Assembly (NCBI GenBank): GCA_035084275.1
Contig: CM068754.1
Location: 11,842,001-11,906,000, forward strand
Reading direction: 5' to 3'
Source of the DNA: Hydrolagus colliei
Taxonomy: Eukaryota
DNA: 64,000 nucleotides
Within the stretch, counting starts at the first letter, position 1; each line of letters begins with the position of its first letter. The translations under genes and the position numbers were made by a program. The notes beneath the pieces were generated by a model. That model worked only from the letters and a program-made list of their open reading frames with translations. It searched no databases and was not told the origin of the DNA. Below are positions 27,122 to 39,478 of this stretch, in pieces.

Positions 27122-29639
27122 TTGCGGTTGTAAAGGATTATAAATGTTTGCTCCACATCAACACTGCGGCGGATCAAAGATTAAACTGAGTCACAGATAA
27201 AGATTGCTAATCCGCTCTGTACCCTGGCAGAGAGAATGTATCTCCAGTTTTGGACTCTCTTAAAAGTGCACTGAACTTGATACTGTGTAATGTTGGCACA
27301 GGAAGCTGGAGTTATGGGGTTGCCATAACAAGATGCCTGTAATGAACAGTTATCAGTTTCTATTTTTAATCTGCGAATAAACTAGCTGGCCCCTGTGAAG
27401 GTGATTTTTCATGTGGATAAAAGTCATTCGGTTGGAATGTTGATCTACATTGTGAACAGCTGTCACCTAATTTGACTTCTGGTGACAGGCTGGCCCGTGG
27501 GGTTGTGATATATGAGCCCCTCCTATTAAAAGGATCAAATTCTTCAGCATATCATCAGTGAACTTAGCTTCACTTCCAGTTCTGCAGGGACTGTCCACAG
27601 CTCCCAAAATAAATATTGTAGATATTTTGGGAAATAATCATGTAGACGCCTCTCTTCCCCCATTCATAGGTGACAATTATCATTCAACATTCATTTAAAC
27701 AATATCCCCACTTTAAGCAAAAAAAAACCTTTGAATTGGTCTATATATTTCTGCTGGGAAAGTACGGATATGTATCAGGAAACTTACCAATGTCTGCTTT
27801 TGATTGTCCTGAACTATATCAATACTGTATTTGGTCATAGAGGGAATCGGACAAGGTTAATCACTTGAAACTTCAAGTTGAAGATAACGGGACAGTTTCA
27901 GAGAAGCTGCTGGTCAGGTTTTTTGAGAAAGGAATGAAAGGGGTGGGAATTAATTTCTTCGAAGTTTTTTTAAAAAACAGAGAGTAGAGTTGAGAATTGA
28001 ATGAAGCTGATTTAATATGCCGCCAAGTGTGAGCTGCACTTTCTGGTAATATAGATATTTCTGTCAGGGCTGATTGGCAAAGAGAGTGGAAAATTAATTA
28101 AAGTTCTCGATAATTTAACCAATTTACCAGAATAAATCTATTGTGATGCTCAGAACAAACTAGTCCAGGGTCTAGAGAAAATGGGATGAAATGGCTAAGC
28201 ATGTATGAGGGATGAATAAGTGAGAAAAGTGTCTCTCCCCCATCTACCGGCCTGTGGAAAATTGCGATTGTTGAATGGAATGCACTTCATATTGTACAAT
28301 TGCTCACTCTCATTTTGAATGTTGATCTATCAGCTGGTATTACTATGAATCCCTTATGAGCTGGGAGGGGAGTAAGTGTGTCTCCTTTAAAGACAAATCA
28401 TTCATGTTTATACACAGAGCATTTGAAGAAAAATAATAATTTACCGGTGCTGTTTACATATGATTTTTGATTTGCACAATAAACAGATCTTCCTGCATAA
28501 AGGACGTGTCATCCAATCTACGGATCTAGTGCCTAGTCATCTATTAACACATGAAAGTTCATTTTCATTGACCTATTTCTGGCATGTTATTTCAGCTGCT
28601 GCTGTTCTCAAAAGCCTTTTTATCAGTCTGGTTATATTCAAAACAGCCCTCAACCAAAGGTTATATCTGATATTGGTAGTTTACCTCAGCTGGGGTATAA
28701 TCAAAACAAGATAAATTCTATTTTTTTCGCTCTGCAACACATTTCAAATATGCATTCATTGAATGAAGTCAAAGCAGATAGTAGTTTCTATTTTGAGTCA
28801 TTGGTTTGTGAAATAGTAGCTTACAACTCGACTGAGAAGTTAGGAGCCTTTACTTCGTAGTCTTGAGTGAACAGAAGCGGTTGTGAGAACTGTGTTCGGT
28901 TTAAAACATGAACATAGGAATTGAAGTGTAACAAGAGAAGATCTAACTTCAGAGCTCCATGTATAGATTTTCCCCTCTTTATTTCAATGATTTAACTTTC
29001 TTGTTTAAAACCAACTGCTCCACTTTGAGCGTTTTTTTTTAGCTCATTTGATCTTTGTGGTTGCGAGGGTTAATCTAGCCTGTCCAGTAAGTTTCCTTTT
29101 TTAGAATTATAGCGTTGCAGTGTTTCTGATAGGTGGGATTCCATCCACAAAAGTTGGACAAGCTCACAATGCTAGAAACCTAAATTCCCTTTAAAGTTTT
29201 TGTTGGAAAATTATACTCATTCTTCCACTGTTTTACCAAAATAGGCTAAGTGCAGCAAACTTGCAGTGTAGTGAATTGTCATTGCAAACTCCCTGGGAAT
29301 AGTTCTCTCACCTCAGAGTTCCCTCATTAGAAATGGGACAACGTTTTATTCAATTACTGTTAGAATTTTCCGGAGGGAGGTTGTATAGGATTAACACTAT
29401 TGCTGACTAAACCATGTTTTCTCAACCAAATCAATCCAACGGAATTGACAGACTAAATGAGGATTTATTCTGCAGTGTTTTTATTCAGCTTTCAATTAAA
29501 CCAGAAAACACATAAACTGCAAACCAAAATCCTTTAAACCTAGGAGCAAATAAATCAAAATAGTTACAGCTACAAGTCAGCTTGTGTTGAGCAATGGAAC
29601 AGTTATACTACAGATAAGTAGTAGCTGTAACACACTCCT

Positions 29640-29790
29640 CAAGCAAAGCAACAACAATAACAACAATAACAGAGAGGTAGAGGCAAAATAAAGGCACGGT
29701 CGAAGAAGAGGGTCTTGAGATCGTTCTTGAAGGAGGCGAGGGAGGGAGCAAGGCGAAGGGACTGTGGGTTTGGGGTTCCAAAGCATTGTT
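29640..29790 (-). mobile_element. L2 3' end fragment
   Basis: (ACA)n-like tail and similarity to 31340-31430. Confidence 0.6.
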
Positions 29791-30426
29791 CACACGTTCA
29801 CTTTCATATATTTGCGATTTAGTTACTCGTCTAACTGGTATGAATTATTTAATATTAGTTTTTATTGCCAATAGGATTGTTTTCATTAAATAAATACAAA
29901 AGGTGGTCAGTCTGTGAGACCAAGGGGTCTCACACCACTTCTGCTGATTCAGATTGTACTCCTTTTTGTAGCGATCTCTGTCTGGTATAGGTTTCAATAG
30001 AATTTATGAATCTGGAACTTAATCGGTACAACCGTCATATCCAGGACAGCCACTAAACAAGTGTTTGCTTTGCATCACAGCTGACATTAGTGTCAGTTTT
30101 CGCATGAGATCTCATTTCCTCATGATATTTTGTTTGGTAAACTGATGGAAGTCATGAGGCATGTGTTTAGCAGATCTGGGTGTCAATCACAACTGAAACT
30201 CAAGCACCTACAGGAATACGGGGAAAGGGCAGGTAAATGGGAATGGAAGGGTTGCTCTTTAACAGAGCCAGCACAGAGTTGATGGTTAAATGGCTGTCTT
30301 CTGTGGTGCACACAACAACAGCAATTTGAGAATTGAACATCCAACAACTACACAACTTGTTGGTCGTAGGTGATGATTTCTTTTTTATAAACACTATTTA
30401 CTTTCTTAGTTGGCAAATACATCTGA

Positions 30427-30600
30427 TGATAATAATAATAATACTAGTAATCCTCGCATTTGATATAGGGCCTTAGCACTTCTTCAAGATGTCTCAAAGC
30501 GCTTCACAGAACATACTATAATGTAGTGACTGTGTATTCTGTGGGCAAAACGCGGCAGCCAACCGCGCATGCAACAACAACAACAACAACAACAATTTAC
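30427..30600 (-). mobile_element. SINE 3' fragment adjacent to an (ACA)n L2 tail remnant
   Basis: Tail and core similarity; (CAA)n run 30572-30594. Confidence 0.7.
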
Positions 30601-31074
30601 AATTTGTGTGCAGCTAATCTGAGCCTACTATTCCCCTATGACATTCCCGTTGTAAGGAAATTCTATTCCATGCACTTATTGGCAACTTTATCAGGAATCT
30701 ACTTTATCGGGAATATCTTTTGGCAGTACAGCGCAACTCAATTTGGGATCAGCATCTCTTTAAGTGTAGCCAGCAGTGCTACTCAATGGAGGGCTACATC
30801 TTTGCATTTACATATTGCACATCGACTGCTGGGCCTTGTTTCTTACATAAGAGATCAGGGGCTTCTACGTATCACACATTGAGCTATAACATCCCCTTCA
30901 TCTTTACAGCTGTGGCTTGTGGGGTTTGGCAGCCGCTGTTGATGGATCCCCACAGTTTCCTTCTGTGCTGTTTAATTTCTTAAATGCACTGACAGGCTTT
31001 GTCACCCTCTCACTACAAGCCTAAGTGATTCACACTATCTCCTTGTGATTGATTACTTCAACAATACTAATAGG

Positions 31075-31910
31075 TGGAGTCCTGTATTGTAGTTCAGTGG
31101 TTAGAGCACTCGCCTTACAAGCGTGAGACCTATGTTCGAATCCAGGCAGGTCAGGGCGAAACCTTGGGCAAGTTTCCTTAACAACAACAACAACAACAAA
31201 TTACATTTATAGAGCGCCTTTCACGTCGGGAGGACGTCCCAAGGCGCTGCACAGGAGGCGTGTGACCCGAGCTGGGAGGGGAGTGTTTGGGAAGGGGTGA
31301 AACACGAAGGGGAGGTAAAAGAGTTCGGGGTGGAACAAAAGGCACGATCAAAGAGGAAAGTCTTCAATCCGGCCTTGAAAGAGGAAAGGGAAGAAATGAA
31401 ACGGAGGGATTGAGGGATGGCATTCCATAGGGTGGGAGCGGAGAAACTGAAGGCCCGGCCTCCGATGGTGGGGCGGTTCGGGCGGGGGGCTTGGAGCAGG
31501 CCAAGTCCTGCTGAACGGAGGGTCCGGGTGGGCGTGTAGGGGGAGAGTAAATCGGTTAAATAGGGCGGGGCAAGGCCGTGTAAGGCCTTGTAGGTGAGGA
31601 CGAGGATCTTGAACTCGATCCTCTGGAGGATGGGGAGCCAGTGGAGACGGGCGAGGGTGGGGGTTATGAGGGTGGGGGTTATTCCTTACTCCGCATGGCT
31701 AATAATAATCCCTAAAAAAAAAAACATAATAAAATTGGTCATTTCAATCCGCGACTGTTTGTGTGGGACACTGCTGTGCACAATTGGCTGCTGCGTTTCG
31801 CCCAAAAATATACAATCAATTCACTTTAGATTCTGTGAAGCACTTTGCTTCGTCTAGAAGACCTGAAAAGCACCATATCAAAATACAAGGATTATATTTT
31901 ATTTATTATT
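31075..31910 (+). mobile_element. SINE interrupted by a minus-strand L2 fragment
   Basis: Head 31075-31180, remainder 31682-31910; TTCCTTA duplicated on both sides of the insert. Confidence 0.88.
31181..31681 (-). mobile_element. 5'-truncated L2 LINE (ORF2 C-terminus, 3' UTR, (TTG)n tail)
   Basis: Minus-strand translation PTLARLHWLPILQRIEFKILVLTYKALHGLAPPYL...GGRAFSFSAPTLWNAIP...FKAGLKTFLF, typical of L2-clade ORF2; frame uninterrupted. Confidence 0.9.
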
Positions 31911-33379
31911 ACCCTCAAACAACAAAGGTTGTGAAGGGGAAACTTCCCCATGTCGTCAAATCTAGCCGTGCAGAAACCTGATTCTGAACCCGAAGGTCTT
32001 CACCTGAAGAAAATCCCCCTCAAATGTATTTCCTGGAACTAATTCTGGGGGCTTTGGGTGTCTGTGGTACTCTGGTGCTCTGCACACTTAGTTACAGTTG
32101 CCTTAACATTGAAAACGTTTCAAATTACAAAGAATGCAACAGGACGAAATGTATGATCTCATGCATATTTCAAACATTACATATGTTCCCTAGAATTGGG
32201 TCCAGATTTGACTTTAACACTTTAAAACGCGAATATCTAAAACAAACAGAATCAACTGAAAAACAGTTGCCGTTTTGACACAAACACTTGTAAAATGGAA
32301 CGGATTTATACGTTCTTGGTGCTACATGTTTTATTGATAAAGTACCAACAATCCTCCGGACAAGATCGATTATTCAATTCATGCCGGTTTGTAGGACATT
32401 GCTGTGACCAAACACACAAGGATTAATTATACTCAACATAAATTAACTGCAAAGCACCGTAACAAGTTTTGATGTTATAGGTACTGCATCAAAAGGAAAG
32501 ATTATTAGTCTGGTCAAATTTGGACGCCTTTAAGTAGCATCTGGGCAGGTGTGTGGGTGATTACCCATTGTATTCTATTTATTGTGCTGTCATCTTCCTC
32601 CTTCTGAAGAACAGAGAGAGAGTAACGTTAACCACACAAACTGTATCTAAACTCAGCATTTGTTAAAAGGCAAAGTACTGTCTATTTCTTGCACATCTTC
32701 AATTTGTCGAAGAAAAAGTCACTATGGTTAAAAGCTAAGAGGTTTAAAGATGGTACTTTCAACGAAGTACAACAACAAACAACAACAAAATTACGTTGAT
32801 AGAGCACCTTTCACATCAGGAGGACATCCCAAGGCGCTGAAGTAAGTCATTTTATCAGAGAATTCAGCCAGAGCGCTTGTACAACTTATTTCTTGTGCAG
32901 GCTGTTTTTCAGTTGTTCTTTATTGTACTTCAATGTTGAATAATTATAAATGCTGTTTTAATTTTTTGTTTAAATTGTTCTGCCTTCAAAGAAATCAAGA
33001 GGTGATGGTCCAATGGTAATCTTTGTACAATTATTTTAAATTGTTTCCATTTGTTCTGTTCGAAATTGTAGAAAGTGTTACTTACAATCCTGCTTTTTGG
33101 GGGGGTTTTCAATTTTCAATTTATAGTACTGCATTTACCCATAAAATGTTCTTCCAGGAAAGTCACATTTCAGCTTGATCTGCATCATTGACGCATGTCT
33201 ATTAAAGAGACCTATTAAATTCCAATTTTATTTTAATTGAATTGGGTTTTATCGTCTTGCTATTTTTTTCCTCCTTAAATGTCTGTAACAATTATTTTAA
33301 ATTCATTCTATTTGCAATTGTAGAAAGTGTTACAATCCTGCTTTTTATTGAGTGATGCTATCGAGGGAGCAAGGGGGAG

Positions 33380-33580
33380 CGATTGGAACTCTCTCCCTCA
33401 ATCCCCTCTGCCTTGCCCCCTCCATCCCCACTTTCAAAGCTCGCCAATAAACCTTCCTTTTTGATTGTACTTATGGTCACCTCACTCCTCCACTGGCTCA
33501 GCATCAGACTCTGCCACTGTCAAGTCCTCTGGGACGCTACCCCGCGTAAAGGGCTGTATATAAATGCAAGTTATTGTTGT
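33380..33580 (+). mobile_element. L2 3' end fragment
   Basis: TGGAACTCTCTCCCTC...GGGCTGTATATAAATGCAAGTTATTGTTGT. Confidence 0.7.
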
Positions 33581-35982
33581 CGTACAATGGATCATATCCA
33601 GCTTTTATCTGAGAGGGCAGTCGGATATCACAATTGGCCACTGGAAAGTGAACTTCCACAGAGACGGAGATCTCAACTTGCCCGATTTCACTCTAACCCT
33701 TAAAGCCCCAATAGAATGTGCACTGAATGATAGGATACCGATTGGATCTGCTATCCTGTCAAGTTCCTGATCTCAAAAGGAATGATGCTTCAACAACAAC
33801 AACTTACATTTCTACAGCGTGCTTCAAGTGGATTAGTATCTTGGTGTGTTATAAAGTGGGAAGTAAGTCAGCTGAGGTTTTATACTGCCATCACATTAAG
33901 CTACCTGTGGCCCGTTCCAACCAATGTTATTGCAGGTCAGGAGGCAGCCTATTTGGGACATGAAACTCCAAGGAAGTATGCTTGATATTGCAATCAGTTT
34001 TGGTTCCTTCCATCACCAGTTTCAGTTCCAAAACCATAATGGATCTTTAAAGGACAGTTTGAAATCTGGTCTGGTGTTATGAAATTTGAATATATTTCAG
34101 TGAATTTGAAGACTAAATATACAGACGTAAGTTTCGATTACGTCATAGTTCTCTCTCTTGGTAGGATATAATTTTGGCTCAATTTAATAGTTAACTAATG
34201 GAATCTATGCTTCATTCAGGGCAAGCATGACTGTGGTCACGGTTAACCGTTTCTACAAGTTTTTAAAATGCTGAGCTGAGAATTATATTTTTAATTCTTA
34301 ATTTTTTTTGCTGGTGTTTAGAGACATTTCTGGTGTTTGTGTAAGATGAGCAACTACTCTTCTTCTCCAGTGATAAACAATGGAAAGAATTTGTTGGCTT
34401 GACAGCTGTTTGGCAATACCAGCAGATTATTTACATGTGAGACAGAAACACAAAATACTTCCCAAGAAATGAACATTTTTGTCATGTCAAAGTGACATGA
34501 AGGTTTTCTTAGCTATTGACCTAAACAACAACAACAAAATTACACTTGTATAGCGCCTTTCACGTCAGGAGGACGTTCCAAGCCACATCATGTTAGGTGA
34601 TTTTCACATACAGCATTCACAATTAACACGATTACTGTTAATTTTGTGACACAGACTAGTGAACATATGGCAAACGACTGTGACAGATTACACCCGCATC
34701 CTGAACGAACATCTTGATCACTGGACAACTGGTTTTAATTTGAATTGGATCAGACTACATGTGTTGATTTTTTTTCAAAGAGGTTTCAGTTGTGATATTT
34801 TTCATAAAGGATCTGGTCTCTGAGAAAAAATTCTGAAACTTCTTCTGTCCTAATATCACCCTTTCGAAAATATGAAGCTGCAGAACAAATGGTTGCAATA
34901 TAACTTTTTATTATAGTTTTTACTCAAAACTTAATTTTTTACAAATTGTGGCTTCAGCTATTAGGACCACAATCATTTTGAATTCCTCTCTGCGGAAACC
35001 TGCTAAATATTTTGTTGACATGTTACTTGCAGTGGCAGTCACTCTTTGGCTCCTAAAATAAACACTGAACCACATTATTCCGCTGTACCACACAATAGCA
35101 ATGTCAAGAGTATTTTTGACTCATGCGTGTAGGTGAAATGCTTTGGCTTGAAGCCTTGGCATTTAATCAACACAAACTGGTGCCTTATACATTCCTGACA
35201 AACCAATATTGTTTAATGAACAAGTCAGTGATGTCTGACAACTCAGCCTGGTTTAGAAATACAATAGCCAGTATTGAGGTTGCAGTGTAGAACATCTTGT
35301 AGCTTAACATCCTGTTTGTAAACAGAGTTCAAATGGGAGCATCAAATATGTTACCAGAAACTACATCTGATACAATAGTTTATGTGGATGAATGTATATT
35401 TGTGTAGGTTAATATGTTGTTTCCCTGCAAGGCTAGTGAAGGTAGGGTTCTTAGCTAACCTATTGTGCTGTGAATACAACTTGAGTTCTGCAGTAATCTA
35501 TTGGGGATGGAGCTGTGTCTATGTGAGCGAAGATGTGCCCGTGGTTCCAATGTCAGGGAGAACACAATCAAGCTCAGCACAGCAAGCCTCAGCTCAGCTC
35601 GCTCAGCATCTCAGAAGCTCTACCTGGTTGCCATGTTATCTTTTCATAAACAAAATGAGAATTAATTCAAATTCAGATCATCGAGATCCATAAGCCGATT
35701 TACAAGCAGTATTATACACTGAATGAATTCTGAATGCTAATTCCTACTGAATCCTGGTAAATGAACCCTGATGATATGAGGAGGTGCATTTTTATTGATT
35801 GCATTTTGAACCTCCCACGTAAAAAGGGGAGGCTGTGTTTTTCATTTCATAACAAGTGAAATGATTCTGAAATAGCTGAAGAGAGAAATGACATGCCCTG
35901 ATGCGTCCAGCCAGTAGAGATGTTGCATGTGGGTTTGGGCTGAGGTGGGCGGTGGGGGGAGGGTGGGGACACGGTAGCAAAG

Positions 35983-36297
35983 TGTCACTCTTATCGTTAC
36001 CTGCTCAGTTGAGTGAAACGTTGCGGGTGATGGGAGGAAAAATCATCAACGGATTCTTCTCACACTGTGGGTCGCCCACCAGCCACCTTGGTCCTGGTTC
36101 AGCATAGTATCAATGCATATCTTCCTGAAATAGAAGAAAACCCATCTCAGTATATTTTACAAGGGACGATTAGGCGCAAGCCTTTCAAATAATGGAAGCT
36201 CTGGAATCAAGCTTCCAATATCCCAACACATTGATGATTTTTCCTCCCATCTCCTGCAAAGTTTCACTCAACTGAGCAGATAACAATATAAGTGACA
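35983..36297. repeat. Inverted repeat, 67-bp arms (35983-36049 / 36231-36297), 181-bp spacer
   Basis: Arms are reverse complements with only a few mismatches. Confidence 0.9.
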
Positions 36298-39200
36298 GCA
36301 GCACAAAACAAACAGGCTTGGAAGTCTGGTATTTTATTTGTGCAATGGATTAATAAAAGTCAGGGACTTTTATTTATAAAAGGGATTCTGCACACTGTAG
36401 GCTTTGTAACTGGAGAATATCTCTCTGTGTGTGGTGGGATGGGTGGGGTGGGGGGGGGAATTTGGAATTAGCAGTACACTTACGGTATCTTTAGGTAATC
36501 AAGGCTACATGATTGAGCAGATGTGAAATGTCATAAACTGTTCACCTTTAGTGAATAACTCATGAAACATTTGATTAATTTTTGCAATGACTTTATTGTT
36601 CCACAGACAGGAGGTCAGATCTTCCCAATTCCTGACATAATTTGCAGTTCCACCTCTCCCACCTTGCCAACATTTGTCTTGTCCAGGATAAAATGGTGCC
36701 ATAAATAAACATGTTCCTAACAGAGCTGCTGTGACTAGTTTCTTCCAGTTTATTTATAGAGTGAGTAACCTTACTGAGTGTTATACAGTTCACTTTCTCA
36801 TCCTTCATTTCAAAACCAGTGCTTTTGTAGTTTTGTAAAACTTGCCACATATACTTTTATATGTGTCAATATGTGGCAACTGCTACAAATTTGAGATTCA
36901 AAAGCGAGGGTTTCTTTGGAAACTAACAGCTAAATTTCCAGTATAAATTGAGTAAACTATTCCTAACTGGACTTTTGAGTGAGATTCCTCAATCTGGCCT
37001 ATACTTATCGTTCGCTGGGTAAATACCTTTGTTTCAGAAACTAAAGTATAGTGGGAAGAACAGTTAAACCTGCAAACACATATTGCAGAGAGAGAGAGAG
37101 GTTGTGAAATGTACACAAAATTGTTCTAAAAAAAGATTTTGCAATGTTTTGCTCCTATTATGTCTTCAATGATCCAGCTTCTGTCTGGACATCATGTTTC
37201 CTCTTTGTTTTGAGGCATTTGGAGAAGATCAGCTGGAGATGAGGATTGGAGGTGAAGCTGTGTAATTAGCTGAGTTAGTTGCACATGGCACCTTTCACGT
37301 CACAGAATGTTTTACTAACAAATCAACTGATCTCATGATCTGATCAAATATATTGACCTACTTGATATATGGTATTTTGTCTTCAGATAGTTCGAAAACT
37401 CTGATGCTTCTGATTTGAGATGTACAGTTTTCTGGAAATCCAAACAGTTGGATAAAGTCCGACTGTGGCTTTTCGGCCTGCAAACAAATCATCTTCAGCG
37501 ATGGCAAGGGGCAAGATCAAAGTTTAAACTTGTGTCGCTTATTCCACCAATGTGTTGTACAGTATCGTTTAATTTTATTATAACAACAAGCCTTGCAGTT
37601 GATATAGTTGAGACAGCGCTTTGGGACGTTCTCCCGACTTGAAAGGTGCTTTATAAGTGCAATTTTGTTGTTTTGTTGAGACATCCTCCCATCGTGAAAG
37701 GTATTATAGGAATGTAATTTTGTTGTTGTTGACGTCGAAAAGTCTCAAACAGCGCTTCACGGGAATTACTGTACAATGCAGTGACTCAATATTTGTAGGT
37801 GAACACAGCAGGCATTGTCTTCAATTATATCTGGGGTTTCCTGAGCCAGAACAATGGGAGAAATTCCCTTAGTTGATAGTCAGGTTTTTTTCCCCTGCAG
37901 CCCAAACGATCGATAATGAACCAAAGTGGTGCGAGAAGAGAGATCGTCACATCTACATCTGCACAGCAGATAACCAAATCCCTCCATTATTGCCCGTGTT
38001 TTGTACATCAATTAAGGATTCAGACTTGTGTTGGCTGATGTCAACTGGGGTTTGGGAAGGGAATGCTCCCAAAATGAATTTGTATAAATAAGAAAGAGGG
38101 AAAACAATATCTTGTATTAGGACAGAATGCCAGGCCTGACGAATCCTCAGCACAGCAGTAATTTACTTAATTAAATTTACTATAATCATTAACATACGCA
38201 CAGTGTCCTCCCTCCTCCCCACCCGCCTATCCTTTGTAAGCCGTCAATCCAAATTTACTCCCCATTGTGCAGCATCTGGGATTTGAGAAATTTTCCTAGT
38301 TTTCGAGAACTTAAATCTTTGTTTAGAACTTCACTCCCAACACGGTTTGGTAACTACTTTTTCTGGAAATATTTGGCTGATTCCGCAAATTCTTTTGCAT
38401 AAAGTCAGAGGACATTACCACAAACAGCTGTTTTTGTTTTTAAATCTGGTTTTCGTCTCTCTGCCATCATTGATAAGTTTCTGGCAAAATAACTTGCAAG
38501 GGTTAAAGCCACTTTAAACCGAACGAGAATCCGTTTTCATTGTGGGAATCAGTGACTAGCACTAACAGTCCCTTATGATGGGACGTATATATTTAGTTTC
38601 TGGTAAGCAAATCCTAACCGATTAAAATGAATACTAAAAAGATTGGCAGTGATATACAATCAAATTGCTTCCATTACCAGTCATCCATCCTTTTTATTTG
38701 TATTTGACTCCTCACCCTGTGACGTAATGCAAGAAATATTTCACTGTTTGAAATGATAGCAGCAACCTTGGTCCAATCCCCATTCTTTCTTTGCTCGAAT
38801 GCCTAAAATGGTAAGTGGGATTAAAGTTTTTATCATAGGGGGTGGCATTTTTTTGTCCCCGATTACAGTATTAATAGCTAGCTTGGCAAGTGGGGGAAAT
38901 TAGGTCACTTGCTAGTGTCAGGGTTGTACATCTCTGAAGAAAGCTTGAGCAAGTGGACAACATACTCTCGCTCTTAAAGAATGGCCTTTCACAAGTCTCC
39001 AGGTACATTCTTTCTCATTTATATTTGCTTTAAATCAGTGTTTTGTTCAACTGGAAAATAACCTTTTATTTTACAGCTGCTGAGCTCTTCAGTCACTCAG
39101 GCATAAGTCAGATAAAGGACATGTGGTGGGAGTTAATTGGTTGCATCAAAAATGATTGTTGATATCAAACTGAAAGAATTGCAGCAGCCCAAGAAAATGT

Positions 39201-39359
39201 AATCGATTGTCACAGGGTTTATTTAGAGACCATCATTCGCTAATTGTAAAACTGGAATGCAATAAGTCCCAGTAAGAGATGGTAAAATAAATAATTGCCA
39301 ACAGGTTAACGTTTAAATGTTCTGGAAATCGGAGCTTGCAATTCCAGGTATCTTTGTTG

Positions 39360-39478
39360 TCACCCACAAATATAAGTCAATTCACTTTACAGTATATTCT
39401 GTGAAGCGCGTTGAGATGTCAATAAGATGTGAAAAGCATTATATCAAATGCAAGGATTATTATTTATTATTTATTATA
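39360..39478 (+). mobile_element. SINE 3' tail fragment
   Basis: CAATTCACTTTACAGTATATTCTGTGAAGCGC...CAAATGCAAGGATTATT. Confidence 0.8.

Noticed and set aside
29236-29245. Perfect CArG box CCAAAATAGG
   Set aside because: Several are expected by chance in 64 kb of AT-rich DNA; the same 10-mer occurs in a MAP7D3 intron (~60006)
35549-35630. MSGRTQSSSAQQASAQLAQHLRSST as an FHL1 N-terminal coding exon
   Set aside because: Only a weak donor (TG|GTTGCC) in phase 2, incompatible with the phase-1 acceptor at 47900
36842-36879. 11-bp inverted repeat TTGCCACATAT...ATATGTGGCAA, and short tandem duplications at ~22557 and ~23738
   Set aside because: Short slippage or template-switch scars with no evidence of function
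38799-38816. ATG|GTAAGT strong donor as a coding first exon of FHL1
   Set aside because: Phase 0, out of frame with both FHL1 acceptors; could be non-coding but nothing supports it
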